Shown here: in pieces, positions 10,724 through 23,420 of the stretch
How the letters are laid out: the number at the start of each line of letters is the position of its first letter
How positions within the stretch are numbered: position 1 is the first letter of the stretch
NCBI GenBank assembly: GCA_001724265.1
Contig: MEDY01000184.1
Span: forward strand, 62,001 to 103,940
Direction: 5' to 3'
DNA length: 41,940 nt
Source of the DNA: Rhizaria sp. SCN 62-66
Taxonomy: Eukaryota
Notes under the pieces: generated by a model
Told to the model about the DNA's origin: nothing
Database searches by the model: none
The model's input: the letters and a program-made list of their open reading frames with translations, nothing else
Position numbers and translations under genes: made by a program

Positions 10724-13700
10724 ATGTCCACGTCGCGGTTTATCGAGACGGAGGCGACGGACGGCGTCCGCTTCTCGTGGAACATCCTGCCGATGACCAA
10801 GGCCGACGCGGCCGAGCTGCACGTGCCCATCACTGCCCTCTACACGCCCTTCAAGCCCATCGACGGGCTCGGCACGGTCCAGTACAAGCCGGTGCTGTGC
10901 GGCAGCTGCGGCGGAATTCTGAACCCGTTCTGCCGCGTCAACACGACGAACAAGACTTGGTCGTGCTCGCTCTGCAATTCCGGCAACCACTTCCCGGCCC
11001 ATTACGCTGGCATCACGGCCACCAACAAGCCCGCGGAGCTGATGTCGCAGTACACCACGCTCGAGTACACGCTTGACTCACGTCCGGCGCCGCCGCCGGT
11101 GTTCCTCTTCGTCGTCGACACGTTTCTGATCGCCGACGAACTCGCCGCGCTGGCCGACGCGCTCGCGCAAGCCGTGCTCATGGCACCCGCAGACGCCGTG
11201 GTGGGCCTCATCACCTTCGGCCGCCACGTCAGGCTGTACGAACTGGGCGCGCTCGCCGCCGCGGACACGCCCGCGCTCGCCGCCGCCATCGCCGCCATGG
11301 CCGGCGCCGACACCGCGACGGGCACGGGACCCGCGGGTTCCGCCGCTGATGGCGCGAGCGCCGCGCTGCTGCAGCGGTCGTACGTGTTCCACGGCGACAA
11401 GACCGTCACCAAGGCCGAGCTCATGGCCGCGCTGGGCATCTCGGACGCCGTCCCCGTCGCCCCCAGCGCCAGCGCCGGCGCCGCGGGGGCTGCGGGGGCG
11501 ACGGAGGCCAAGACTGCCGGCTCCCCTGCCGCCGCCGGCGGCGCCGCTGGCGCGGCCGGTGCCAACGGCTCCGCGGGCGTGCTGGGCGGGGCAGGCGCGG
11601 GGCTGGGCAACTTCCTCGCCCCGCTGGCCGACTGCGACTCGCACCTCACTTCGATCCTCTCGGCGCTCACCAAGGACCCGTTCCCCTACGACGACAAGCG
11701 CTGCGCGCCGCCGCGCTGCACGGGCGCCGCGCTCGCGCTTGCTGTGACGCTGCTCGACCTGGCAGCGGGCCGCGGCCGCAGCGGGCGCATCCTCGCCTTC
11801 CTCGGCGGTACGTCCGCCTTTACATAACCAAATTGCATAGATAAAGCATAAGATCGATATATACGAGACTAACACGAAGTCGTAATGCTAAAAAAAAGCT
11901 AAACCACATGTTACTCTATTTTTTCTTTTATTCTCACTCATTCATCCCATCTTTTGTATTCTATTTCCATATTTTTCCCTCTCGCACTCTCGCAGGCGCG
12001 TGCGCGACGCCCCCCGGGCAGATCGCGTCCACATCGCTCGAGACGCCGATCCGCTCGCATCACGACCTGCTCAAGAACAACCCTTCGGCGGCGTACCACA
12101 AGTCGGCCGTGGCTTTCTACCAGAAGCTCGCGTCGCAGGCCGCCGCCAACGGGCACACCATCGACCTCTACATCGGGTGCCTCGACCAGGTATGTCGCTC
12201 ACTTCGCGAAATGAGTATATATCACGTTCACTTTCTTATATTTCAGAATGAATTTGTGTTATCGAAATTTATTTTGTATTTTTATATCCTACTATGTCTC
12301 TTTATTCCATATCGCTCATATTACTTTCAATTCGTGTTCGTGTTGCAGGTCGGTCTGGCCGAGATGCGCACGCTGGTGTCCGAGACGGGCGGGCGCGTGG
12401 TCCTGGACGACTCGTTCACGCGCGGCGTCTTCAAGGGTTCTCTGCACCAGATGTTTACGTGCGACGAGGACGGTGCGCTGGCGCTGGGCTTCGGCGCCGA
12501 GCTGCACGTGCAGGTATCCCCCGAACTCACAGTCGTCGGCGCCATCGGCCCGCTGTCGTCGCAGAACCGCAAGGCGACGTACGTGGCGGCCAGCAACCCG
12601 CTCAACCAGGGCGTGGGCGGGACTTGCGCGTGGACGCTGGGCGGGCTCGACGAGAGCACCACGGTCGCCGTGTACCTGGACGTCACTAAGGCCGAGGCCG
12701 CGGTGGCAGGCGAGACTGTCAGCTCGTACGTGCAGTTCTCGACGCGGTACCGCCACAGCTCGGGCGCGACGCGGCTGCGCGTTACCACGCTGGCGCGCAT
12801 GCACGCAGACATCCGCAGGGACGTCGGTCACGCCGCCATCGTCGGCGGCTTCGACCAGGTGCGTAACGCGTTTCGCTAAAACAAATATATTTTGATGAGA
12901 TCCCACAATCTTATTATTGTGCTTTATTTTAATGAAGATATATTACAATCATATGTAAATTCATTTGTTTTACCCGATTTCACTTCAATACTGTGGATAC
13001 CTACTCATTCACATTGTTATCTTACCACTCACACTCACTCGCTTTGCCTCTCGTTGTTGTTTTCTCTCCCCGCCTGTCATAGGAGGCCGCCGTGGCCGCG
13101 GTGACCCGCTGGGCCGTGCACAAGACGCTCACAGAGTACACCCTCGACGTGCTGCGCTGGACCGAAAAAATGCTCGTCTCGTTCGTGTCCAACTTCGCGA
13201 CGTACCGGCCCGGTGATGTGAGCAGCTTCCGCCTCGCACAGAACATGGTCTTTTTCCCGCAGTTCATCTTCCACCTGCGGCGCAGCCAGTTCCTGCAGGT
13301 GTTCAACAACTCTCCCGACGAGACGGCCTTCTTCCGCACGATTTGCCTGCACGAGACGGTGACCAACACGCTGCTGATGGTGCAGCCGACGCTGACGGGG
13401 TACTCGCTCGAGGCGCCCACGGCGCCTCTCATGCTCGACGTGTCGTCCTGCGCGTCGAACCGCATCCTGCTGCTCGACACCTACTTCCACATTGTTGTGT
13501 GGTACGGCGATACGATTTCCCGCTGGCGCGCGGACAACGTGCAGGCGAACCCGCAGTACGCCTTCTTCGCGCAGCTGCTTAAGGCGCCCCTGCACGACGC
13601 CAAGGCACTAATGGCGACGCGCTTTCCCACGCCGCGCTTCATCGAGTGCGTTGAACGCGGCTCGCAGTCCCGCTTCCTGCTCGCCAAGCTCAACCCGTCG

Positions 13701-13934
13701 GTAACGCACAGCAGCAGCGCCGCGGGCGCGGGCGCCGGGGCGGCGGCCGCGGCGGCCGCGGCGGCGGCGGGCGTTGAGCCCGGGCAGCAGGAGCCGCTCA
13801 TCTTCACCGAAGACTCGAACCTCAAGGGCTTCATCGACATGCTTAAGAGCGTCGTCGTCAGCAAGGGCCGCCAGACCGCCGCGGCCGCCGCCGCCGCCAA
13901 CGCGGCCGCCATGCGCGTCAACGCCATCCGGTGA
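10724..13934 (+). CDS. SEC23: COPII coat protein Sec23, 4 exons, ~879 aa
   Basis: Exons 10724-11807, 11996-12189, 12349-12858, 13083-13934, joined by GT-AG introns that keep the frame. Motifs DGVRFSWN, zinc finger CxxC..LNPFC..WxCxLC..NHFP, FLFVVDT, PRCTGAAL, PIRSHHDL, LDQVGLAEM, GFDQEAA, FHLRRSQFLQVFNNSPDETAF, GSQSRFLLAKLNPS. Confidence 0.97.
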
Positions 13935-14445
13935 GCAGTGAGGCAGTCAGTGACTGTGAGTCAGCAAGTGACTGTGAGTCTGGATGCATGCCTGTGGGAT
14001 GTTGTGCGCAGCGCTGCTGAGAGGCCATTGGTCATCAAGAGCCTGGCCGCTGGCGTCGCTGGCGTCTTGATTGATTGATTAGTTCAAGAACGTAGTTTGT
14101 TTGTTTACGGTTATACTTTTATGGCTGATTTTCGATCTATCTGTTCATTTTGTTTTGCAGGAATAAATTATTTACAAGTCCACGATTTTAATATGTTATA
14201 TTGACTTGCATGTGTATTTGAGTAGTTGCGAGAATGCTGAGCAGAGTTTAAGCGCACACAAATATGGAGATGAGCAATCAGTAATACACAGAGGGATTGT
14301 ACGTTGGTGGTTTGAAATAATAAGAATACTAGGTAATTGTTGTTCTGTTGTCGCCATTCGAGGCGCAATAGCAGTCCAGTTGTCAGATCTAATGTTGAAT
14401 AGTGACCGCCTGCCACACTGTCTCTGTGAGTGTCGAGCAGCCGCC

Positions 14446-15318
14446 TTAAGGGATGGTGTAGAAGGGCGCGGTGTCCTGAAAGCAGCGCGCAAACACGCGT
14501 TCGATGGCCTCCTTGCTCTGCTCGGGCCCGTTGCAGTGCGGGTTGATGCGGCACGAGTTGAGGGCGCGGCGCTTCACGCACACGGGCAGATGCGCCATCT
14601 GCGGCAGGAAGGAGATGACGCCGCGGCGCATCTCTTCGTCGCGCGAGCACTCGCCCGACAGCAGCGACGCGCGGATCTCCATGCAAGCCAGTTGTTCGCA
14701 GCTCTTGGGGTCGATCTCGGCGCGTGCGAGGTCATAGACGTGGACGAGCTCGTGCGCGATGACGATGTTGATGTCGTCCTGCTTGAGCTTCTTGTCTTGG
14801 CACAGCACCAGTCCGATGTTGTCGTCCTGGTCGTGGATCACCGCCGCAGAGACGGGGATGTCGCACGGCACGCACTGCACGAAGCGCTCCGGCTCAGGCA
14901 CCAGCGCGCCGATGCGGGCGAGGTTCTCGAACAGGAAGCGCACCTTGCGCGTGCTCAGCGCCTTGTCCTTCATCTGCTCGCATTCCGCGAAGTCCTTCGC
15001 AATCTTCACGCGCTCCTCCGCAGTCAGGGGCACAATCGCGCTCAGCTCGGGCTTCGCGGCCGCGGGCTCCTCAGGCGCCGCGGCAGCCGAGGCGGCGGCG
15101 GCGACAGCAGCGTCGGTGGAGACAACGGCAGGGGTTGCGTCGACGGCGGCCGCTGCGGTGGACACGGCGGGGGTCTCGCCGGCCGCGGCCTTGACGGCGG
15201 AAGAAAGGGGGAAAAGCGGGGCAGCGTCCTTGGCGGCGGCAACGGTCACGGCAGCCGCGGTGCCTGAAAGACCGCCGATGAAGGCGAGCGCGGCGCGGCG
15301 CAGCAGGGACGCGGACAT
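14446..15318 (-). CDS. ATP23: Mitochondrial inner membrane metalloprotease ATP23 (peptidase M76)
   Basis: HELVHVYD (HExxH), CEQLACMEIRASLLSGEC, CVKRRALNS, VFARCFQDTAPF; N-terminal Arg/Ala-rich targeting-like segment; TAA stop. Confidence 0.92.
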   Translation of the reverse strand: MSASLLRRAALAFIGGLSGTAAAVTVAAAKDAAPLFPLSSAVKAAAGETPAVSTAAAAVDATPAVVSTDAAVAAAASAAAAPEEPAAAKPELSAIVPLTAEERVKIAKDFAECEQMKDKALSTRKVRFLFENLARIGALVPEPERFVQCVPCDIPVSAAVIHDQDDNIGLVLCQDKKLKQDDINIVIAHELVHVYDLARAEIDPKSCEQLACMEIRASLLSGECSRDEEMRRGVISFLPQMAHLPVCVKRRALNSCRINPHCNGPEQSKEAIERVFARCFQDTAPFYTIP

Positions 15319-15867
15319 GGGGAGCCGCGAGTGCTGCGTTTGAAGGTGATAAAATAAATGTGATAGTGTGAGAATATTGAAAATATATAATTTACTTAGA
15401 TTGATTATGCAAAATATAACCAGTCATGTTGTTGACGGACAACTCACTGCTGCAGACAATGCACAATTTGACCTAGCGAAGGGCCGAGCCCCACAGTCGC
15501 TGCAACCATGCCGCCGCGCCGTCGCTGTCGGTGGTAGTTGTTGCTGCTGCGAGAAGTCGCAGTGAATACCGAGCTGCATTTGAGGAGAACAACGATTTTG
15601 AGAAAGAATGTTACATTTCTGTGTATCCATAAAAGTGTTCTATATTATATTTTGTATTGCGCCAACTTGAGTACGATTCTGAAGTTATATCATGCTTTCA
15701 TCAAAGCTTCAAGTCGCAACTTGAACAAGCCTCCTATCACCATTCGCCTCTGCTGCCGTTCTATGAAATTGCGTTCAATGTGAACCAACGCCTGTTACCC
15801 AGTGTCTCAATTAACAAAACCGCTTAAATTCGTACGGTTCCCTTGTTTGTGTTTGTAGTGACGAGAG

Positions 15868-18800
15868 ATGTCGACGTCTCGTCCTGACCCCCGCGGGAGC
15901 CCAGCAGACCCACACTCAGTCGCGCATCTCCCCACATCAGGCTCTCACTCTGGCAGGACCACAAGCACGCACACGCCACCACGCCCTAAAGCCGCACCAG
16001 CGTTTGGCGCGCTTCCCAGCGGCCGCAGCGGCCCCGGCTCCGGGCGCAGCAGCAGCCGCTCCCGTCTGCCCGCCACGACCTCCGGCTCTGAAGGCTCTGT
16101 TCCCGGTTCTGGTCCCAGCTCCGGCTCAGCCTCTAGCAAGCCCCATGCAACTGGTGCGTCGGCCTCTATCCCCGCTGCAGCCGCCGCGGCTACTGGGGCT
16201 GCGACTGTGTCGTCCGGCAGCGAGAGCGACGACGAGGCCAGCGCTGGCACCGACGCGGCGAACGCCAATAGCCATGACATCAGCAACGACAACGGGGGCA
16301 GTGGCAAGGACAGCGCTAGATCCGAGCGCGAGCGCATTGCTGCTGCAACAGCGACTGCGGCGGGCAGAGCGGCTGATATCGACACAAAGCATGACGATGT
16401 TGAGGCCCACGCGCACAGCATCAACACGAACGCACACTCTACCAACACAACTCTCACTCACGCCAAGAGCAAGAGCAAGGGCCAAAGCCAGAGCGATGCC
16501 GCCGCGAGTAAAAGCACGGCTACTCACAAGACTGGCGACGCAAGCGCCCACAAGGCGACCGTGAGCGCCCACAAGGCGACTGCGAGCGCGGCGTCTGCGT
16601 TGAGTGGCGACAACAGCGACGACGAGGCGTCCGAGACCGCCGCTGCCGCCGCCGCTGGCGCTGGGCACGGCCACACCGCCGGCTACAGCCACCTCTCGGC
16701 GCACGGCCATGGTAACACGCACGATTTGGCTGCAACTCACGGTCACAGCGTGCACGGTCACGCCACGGCGCACGGAGCTGTGTCCACGCCCACTCCCAGT
16801 GCGGCCGGCGCCCGCGGAGGCACTCAGCGCAACAGCAGCGGCGCCGGCGGCGCTACTGGTGGCAAGGACAACAGCGGCGAGAGCAGCGGCAGCGTATTTT
16901 CCCGCCTGTATTCTGCGACGACCGCGTCTAGCCTGGCACATCAGCAGCACAGCAGCGACGACAGCGGCGACGGCCACCCCGCAGCCGCCGCCGCCGCTGC
17001 TACTGCACCGCACAGCAGCAGCAGCGGCGGCGGCGGCAGCGGCATTGGCATTGCCGCAAGCATGCGCGCAGGCGCGCCGGACCTTGGTGCAACCGCTCGC
17101 AGCAGCCACGGCCACAATGCGCGCAGCGCAGGAAGCAGCACCGCGAGCAGCAGACGCGGCAGCGCAGCCAATGTCACGCATGCTGACAAGAGCGACGGCA
17201 CGAGTGTACGCGCAAGTGAGAGCAAGGGTAAGATCGAAAGCGAAGCTCACAACTCTACTGCTAACAGTAAGCGCGGTGCTGCAAGCAGCAGCAGCGGTAG
17301 CAGTCGCCGCGGGAGTTTAACAGCTGGCACAGCCGTTGGCGCACAGTTAGCTTCAGCGCGCAACAGCACTCATTTCAGCAGCAAGATTGAGAACCGGAGT
17401 ACGACAGAAGACAAGGTCAAACCCGACAGCATTAAGATTGCGGACACCAGCGCGCGCACTCGCACGGACAGCAGGCATACCGCAACAAGTGCAGTGCAAA
17501 ACAGCAGCAGCAGTTTTAGCACGGGCGCGCACAAACTTAGCGCAACTGCGAATAAGACTGACACTGCTGGCGCTCGCACGCACTTCGACGCACGCGCAAC
17601 CTCTGGCACCGGCGCTGGCACTGGCAATGACGCTGACACGGGCTGTATTAGTAAAAGTGACGCAGTGCTGAGCCCGCGCACAAGCGGCGGCGCCCGCATC
17701 ATGAGCACTGGCGTGGCCGGCAAGCGAGTGATGACACTGTCCGCGACAATTACCCCGATTAGCGTTCGCTCGACCGTAAACAAGACGAACGTAACAAGCA
17801 CGCAAGCAAAGCCGCGTACAAGCGCCGGCATTGTCAGTCCGAGCAGTCGCGTACTAGCGCACAGCCGCAATGATTCAACAGCGAACGCTGCAACCGCGCG
17901 CCGCCCCATCGCGGTCAAATCGCTACGCACGACAGGACCGACACTGGCGCAGGCACATGCTCTTGCAGCAAGACCGGCCGCACCCAGCAAGCCAGACACT
18001 ACCGTCCCTGGCGCCAAGCCCGCTGCATCTGTTTCAAAGCACACTTTACTTCCCGCGACAACGCGCTCCGCTGCAAACGCGCGCCTTGCCGCAACAGCGC
18101 AACATGCGCCTGCTACACACACTGGTGCTCCCACTGGTACGCGCACTCTTTATGGCGCAACAGGCACCACTGTGCGCAAGAGTGCTGTTGCTCTTCTTGA
18201 CAGCGGTGCAAAGGGCGTGACAAAGCCGGCCGCTGCAGCTGCGGACAAGCGCAACGCGACTGCGCACACCGACAGGGAGGCCGCGAACAAGTCCACCAAG
18301 TCGGGTTTTGTCGGCGGCACAGTGAAAGCGCGCATTGCCACCACAACAGCAGGGAAAGGCACAGTTACTCACGCGCGCACTGCTGCTAACAAAGGCGTGA
18401 ACACGAAAAGCGCTGACAGTGCGAAGCCTCTGCGCAACACGCACTCACTGCCTGCGGCCGGCGTCGCCGTGGACCGGGGCAGTGGCAGCAGCAGTGACAA
18501 CGACAACAACACCGATAGCGACGGCGACGACGGCGACACGCACCGCAAGAACGGCAGCAGCAGCGACGGCGACGGCGGCTGCGGCTCCGGCACCGGCCTC
18601 GGCCTTGTCGGCCTTGCAGCTGACGCCGGCAGCACCAGCGCTGGCGCAGGCGACGATGCGGGCAGCTGCGTGGCGGCCGCTGCGTCGTCCCACTCGTCCG
18701 CGACAGGCCCGTACAACGGCGTGCTCACGTTCGTCATCTTCGGCGCGTCGGGCGACCTGGCGGCCAAGAAGACCTTCCCGGCGCTGGCCGCGCTCTGGGC

Positions 18801-21443
18801 GCGCGGACTGCTGCCCACGCAGTCCTGCGTCGTGGTTGGCGCCGCTCGGTCGGAGCTTTCGCGCGAGGCGTACATCGCTAAGATCTCCAAACACGTACGT
18901 CTACAGCACACATAACTATTAAACTATACGTTAAAACATGCAGCTATATGAGTGAATGTGTAATTGTTCAGTGTTTATTGACTTTTGCTAACCTTCACCG
19001 TGTTTCGGTTTAATTTGATTCGCTGCTTTCGTTTTGTTCGCAGCTCTCGCCTGACATCTCCGCTGCCGACCGCGAGTCTTTCCTGGCCAACTGCTACTAC
19101 CAGCCGTGCGCGGACTACGCCGACGACGCCAGCTACACCGGGCTGCTGGCGCGGCTGTGCGAGCTTGAGGGCGAGAAGGCCGCCGCGCTTGCGTCGCACA
19201 GCCCCAGTCGCAGCAGCAGCAAGAGCAACAAGAGCAATAACACAACCACCCAGGCAGGGGCTCACAGAGACGGCGCAGGCGGGCACATGCAAGGTAGTGG
19301 CGTAAACGGTCCGCACACGCGGCGGGTGCTGTATTTTGCTGTCCCACCCGAGGTCTTCGAGCCGATTGCAGAACGCTCGCATAAGTACGTGTTTTCATCA
19401 TGTCTAAGTATCGACATTCAAGTTGATCATGCAATATTTAACATCTGTTTTAATCAATCCTAGTAAAAACACGAACAAAGATACTTTTAGATATGATTAA
19501 CATTGAATTAAACTCATTTATATTGCTCGATTCTCTGTGCATCGCGTGATATCAACTTTGTCCAACCACAGGTTCCTGCGCTCCACCGCGCCCTTGACTC
19601 ACGGCCACGCAGGTGGCACGGAGCGCGGTAGCACCACCGGCGATCACATTGGTGCTCACGCGTCCGAGGCGTCGGTACACATCGTTGTGGAGAAGCCCTT
19701 CGGCCACGACTTGGCTTCGGCGAAGGCACTCAATGAGAACCTGCGCAAGCACTTCAAGGAGCGCGAGATCTACCGCATCGACCACTACCTTGCCAAGGAC
19801 ATGGTCCAGAACATGACCGTGGTGCGCTTTGCCAACAGGTGCTTTGAGCCGCTGTGGAACAATCAGCACATCCAGGTACGCACACGGGCTGCATTATAAG
19901 AGCAGCAATTTGAACGGGGATAATTGAAGCTCATATGTAGCTAGACTTTGTTCAACATATCAATGGTTATGAGATCATGATAAACCAACTTATATTAGAA
20001 TTGTGATAAATGTGATTCATTTTTTTCATCATTATAACTCCACTTTTGCGTGATATTATGTGAATTTCGTCCCAATCGCAGTCTGTGTCGATCACATTCA
20101 AGGAGGACATAGGCGCGGCGGGCCGCGCGGGCTACTTCGACTCGTACGGCATCCTGCTCGACGTGATGCAGAACCACCTCTGCCAGCTCCTTGCGCTGGC
20201 GGCGATGGAGCCCCCCGTGACGCTGCGTGCCGAGGACGTGCGCGACGAGAAGGTGAAACTGCTCAAGGCCGTGGCGCCGATCAAGCCCGAGAACGTGGTC
20301 GTGGGGCAGTACGTCTCGCGCAAGCAAACGCGCCCGCTGACTCTTAGTAAGGACACTAGCACAGACAAAAGTAGTGCTAGTGGCGACAGTAGCGGCAAGA
20401 GTACGAATGCGAGCAAGAGCAAGACTGACGACGCTGACTCGGACGCCAGCTACCGCTCCGAGCCCGGCGTGCCCGCGGACTCCGTAACGGCGACGTTCTG
20501 CTCCCTCGCGCTGTACATCGACAACGCGCGGTGGTCTGGCGTGCCGTTCCTGCTTAAGTGCGGCAAGGGCCTTAATGAGAGCAAGGCCGAGATCCGCGTG
20601 CAGTTCAAGCGGCCCGACAACAACTTGTACGCGTGCACGGCGCGCAACGAGCTCGTGATTAAAGTCAAGCCGGATGACTCGATCTACGTCAAGATGCTCA
20701 CCAAGGCGCCGGGGTTGTCGGACAAGCTGGTGATGACGGAGCTCGACTTCACCGTCGCCGACCGTCTGCCTCTCGCTCAGACGCATACTAAGACAGGCGA
20801 TAGCGCCCGCACGAGCACAGGCAGCGCGGGCAAGACTTCTGGCACAGCCGCTGCCGAGAGTGGCGTCAGCAAGAGCAACGGTGCCGCGGTCGCGAGCGCG
20901 ATCAGCAGCGCGCCGCCGGACGCGTACGAGCGGTTGCTGTGGGACGTGAGTACCGGGGACCGCAGTCTATTCGTGCGCAGCGACGAGCTCATGCAGTCAT
21001 GGAAGATCTTCACGCCCGTGGTGCAAGCCATCGAGCGCGACCTGCGCCAGGGCGTGGCCGCGGCAAAGCGCGACGGCAGCGGCGACGGGCTCTGCTACGA
21101 CGATATCGACGTCGTCAACACGGCCGCGAACGTGGCCGTCAACGCGCTCAGCAACTGCGGCTCGACCGGCGGCGCTGGCACAGGCAACAAAGGCAAGAAC
21201 ACCGCGGCCGCTGGCGCTAACGCTGTGCGCGGCCACAACGCTCACGGCCACGCTGCGCACGGTCACGCTGCCCACGATCACGACAACGGCGGCTCACGGG
21301 CCGCGAAGCTTTGGGCCTACAAGCGCGGATCGCGCGGCCCCGCGGAGGCGGACCGGCTGGCCGCGCGCGTTGGCTTTGTGTCGAGCGTGGACGTCTACCA
21401 GTGGGTCCCGCCGCAGCACAGGGCGGCGGGCAAGAAACAGTGA
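15868..21443 (+). CDS. G6PD: Glucose-6-phosphate 1-dehydrogenase with very long low-complexity N-terminal extension, 4 exons, ~1677 aa if ATG 15868 is used
   Basis: Exons 15868-18894, 19044-19384, 19572-19875, 20082-21443. Motifs [100 protein letters not shown]. The true start codon is uncertain. Confidence 0.92.
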
Positions 21444-22245
21444 GGCGCCGAGACTGGAGTGTTGGGTTAAGAGGTAAACGTTGTGTGTGATCTGGTGAGG
21501 GAATTGTGTAATTCAATCTATGTTTAAGTTGATCTATGTCTGTAAAATAAAGTTTAATTTGTCATATTGCGTTGTTACCATTTAATAGGGTTGTGTTGAA
21601 TGTTTGGAATTTTTATTTGTTGCATTGTGCATCATCATTTATCATAGGCGTTCGGGGTATCAAATGACCTCTTGTTGGCTGCTGCAGTACCAATACTACA
21701 GCGTGTCCAAAAAGAGAATTATATTCGTATCGACCATATGATGGGTGAGATGTTATTGCGGAAATTTATCATGTTTTGATCGAACATTGGCTCAAACTAG
21801 GTATTCATCATCATTTTGTGTCAAGAGCGACAAGTGCAAGTATGGCGACCATGAGAGAATGCACGTGCAGCCGTTATTGCTGTTACCATGCACTGCCCCG
21901 TGTCACACTGAAGAGTGCACTGACGGATTGCCTGTCCCGTAATCAACTCGTCCGTCTGCCGTTAGCGTCAGCGTCAACGTCAGCGTCAGTCGGCCAACCG
22001 TTGCTTGTCGTCCCTCAGCGCGACTGCAGAGGGTTACTCACGACGCTGCACTGTACTCTGCCGCACTGTACGGCGCTGCCTTGCAGCAGCGGCACAGCGC
22101 AGCGACTCGGGGGAGACAGACGGCGCGCGGCCTCGCAGCATGTTGCTGCGGTCTCGTAGGCGGCTGCGTCTCTGGACTGACTGAGTGGCTGAGGGGCTGA
22201 GTGGCCCAAAAGGCGCGAGGTAACAAGGTCAGCGGCGCACGCTCC

Positions 22246-22752
22246 TTACATGTCCTCGGCCCAGCGGTTCTCCGCGCGCACGGCCTCCTCCTCCTCAGGC
22301 GTGAAGTCGTTGGGGATGTTGAGCGCGCGGCGAATCTGCTCGGGCGTCTTGTTCTTGATGATGCTGGCGACCTTGGCGCAGGCCAGGTTGAGCAGCGGCT
22401 GGATGTGCATATAGTCGGCGGCAATAATGAGGTCAAAGAGTTGCTCGCGGTCGATGTCGACGAAGTCGGCGTCCCACTGCTCCACCACCTCGTTCATGAT
22501 GGGCGACTTGAGCGGCTTCTCGATCTCGCGCGCCGGGTTATCACTGTGGTACTTCATGTACATCACAACCTTGTGCAGCACGCTGCCCTTAACGTGGGGC
22601 AGCGGGACCTCCTTGTCCGACGGGTCCGAGTCCACGATCGTCTTGATCAGCTCGGACATAAGCGCCACGCGCTTGGACACGGCGTACTTCTCCTGCTCCT
22701 GCGACACCAGCACCAGCTTGTCGTCGTCCACGTCGTGCATCGCGTCAGCCAT
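22246..22752 (-). CDS. SKP1: Skp1-family SCF adaptor (somewhat divergent)
   Basis: ATG 22752; VPLPHVKGSVLHKVVMYMKYH, WDADFVDID..LFDLIIAADY, LACAKVASIIK.KTPEQIR..LNIPNDFTPEEEEAVRAENRW; TAA stop. Confidence 0.93.
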   Translation of the reverse strand: MADAMHDVDDDKLVLVSQEQEKYAVSKRVALMSELIKTIVDSDPSDKEVPLPHVKGSVLHKVVMYMKYHSDNPAREIEKPLKSPIMNEVVEQWDADFVDIDREQLFDLIIAADYMHIQPLLNLACAKVASIIKNKTPEQIRRALNIPNDFTPEEEEAVRAENRWAEDM

Positions 22753-23420
22753 CGGGATAGCTGCGCGGGATAGCGGCGGCAAGAGTGGGAAGGTATGTGC
22801 ACACGCGGGGTGAAATAGAACGATGCACGTGGTGGTGGGTGTGAACAGGGAAAGATGTGGTGGAGTTCGGTGAGCACGGTGAGCGTGGGTCCAGAGGAAG
22901 TGTGCGGAAAGTAAGCAAGATGACGCTCAGGCAATTTGTAAAAATAAGGACAAGGAGAAACACACTAATAAATCTCGGAAATCGAATCTAAAGGCGCACT
23001 GACAACTACTATCATCTCGAAAGGCGCGCTGAATATCTCTTCGTTTCAATCCACCACAAACCACAAACGAAAACGGCGCCATCCGCCGAATTTTTGCGAA
23101 CCAGCCACAACAACTCGGACAGAATTCCAGCAAAAATGACTATAAGCATTTCGCGCTCATATGTTCATCAGGTTCTACATAACGTGCACAGAAGACATAT
23201 CTTGTTGGATAAAACATTTCTTTCTTTTTATACTTCCCCAGACCCTGATCTTATCGTTTGGGGCGCACTCGTCGTTGTACGCTAAGCTCACACTCTCAGA
23301 TCCTCTTCCATTCTCCTTCGCCACCTCTCCAGTCCTGCGTCTTTCTTCTACGTCGACCAAATCACTCGAGCCACGTCACCACTGATTACCGACACTCCGT
23401 TGTCCTAGTTTTAACGCGCG

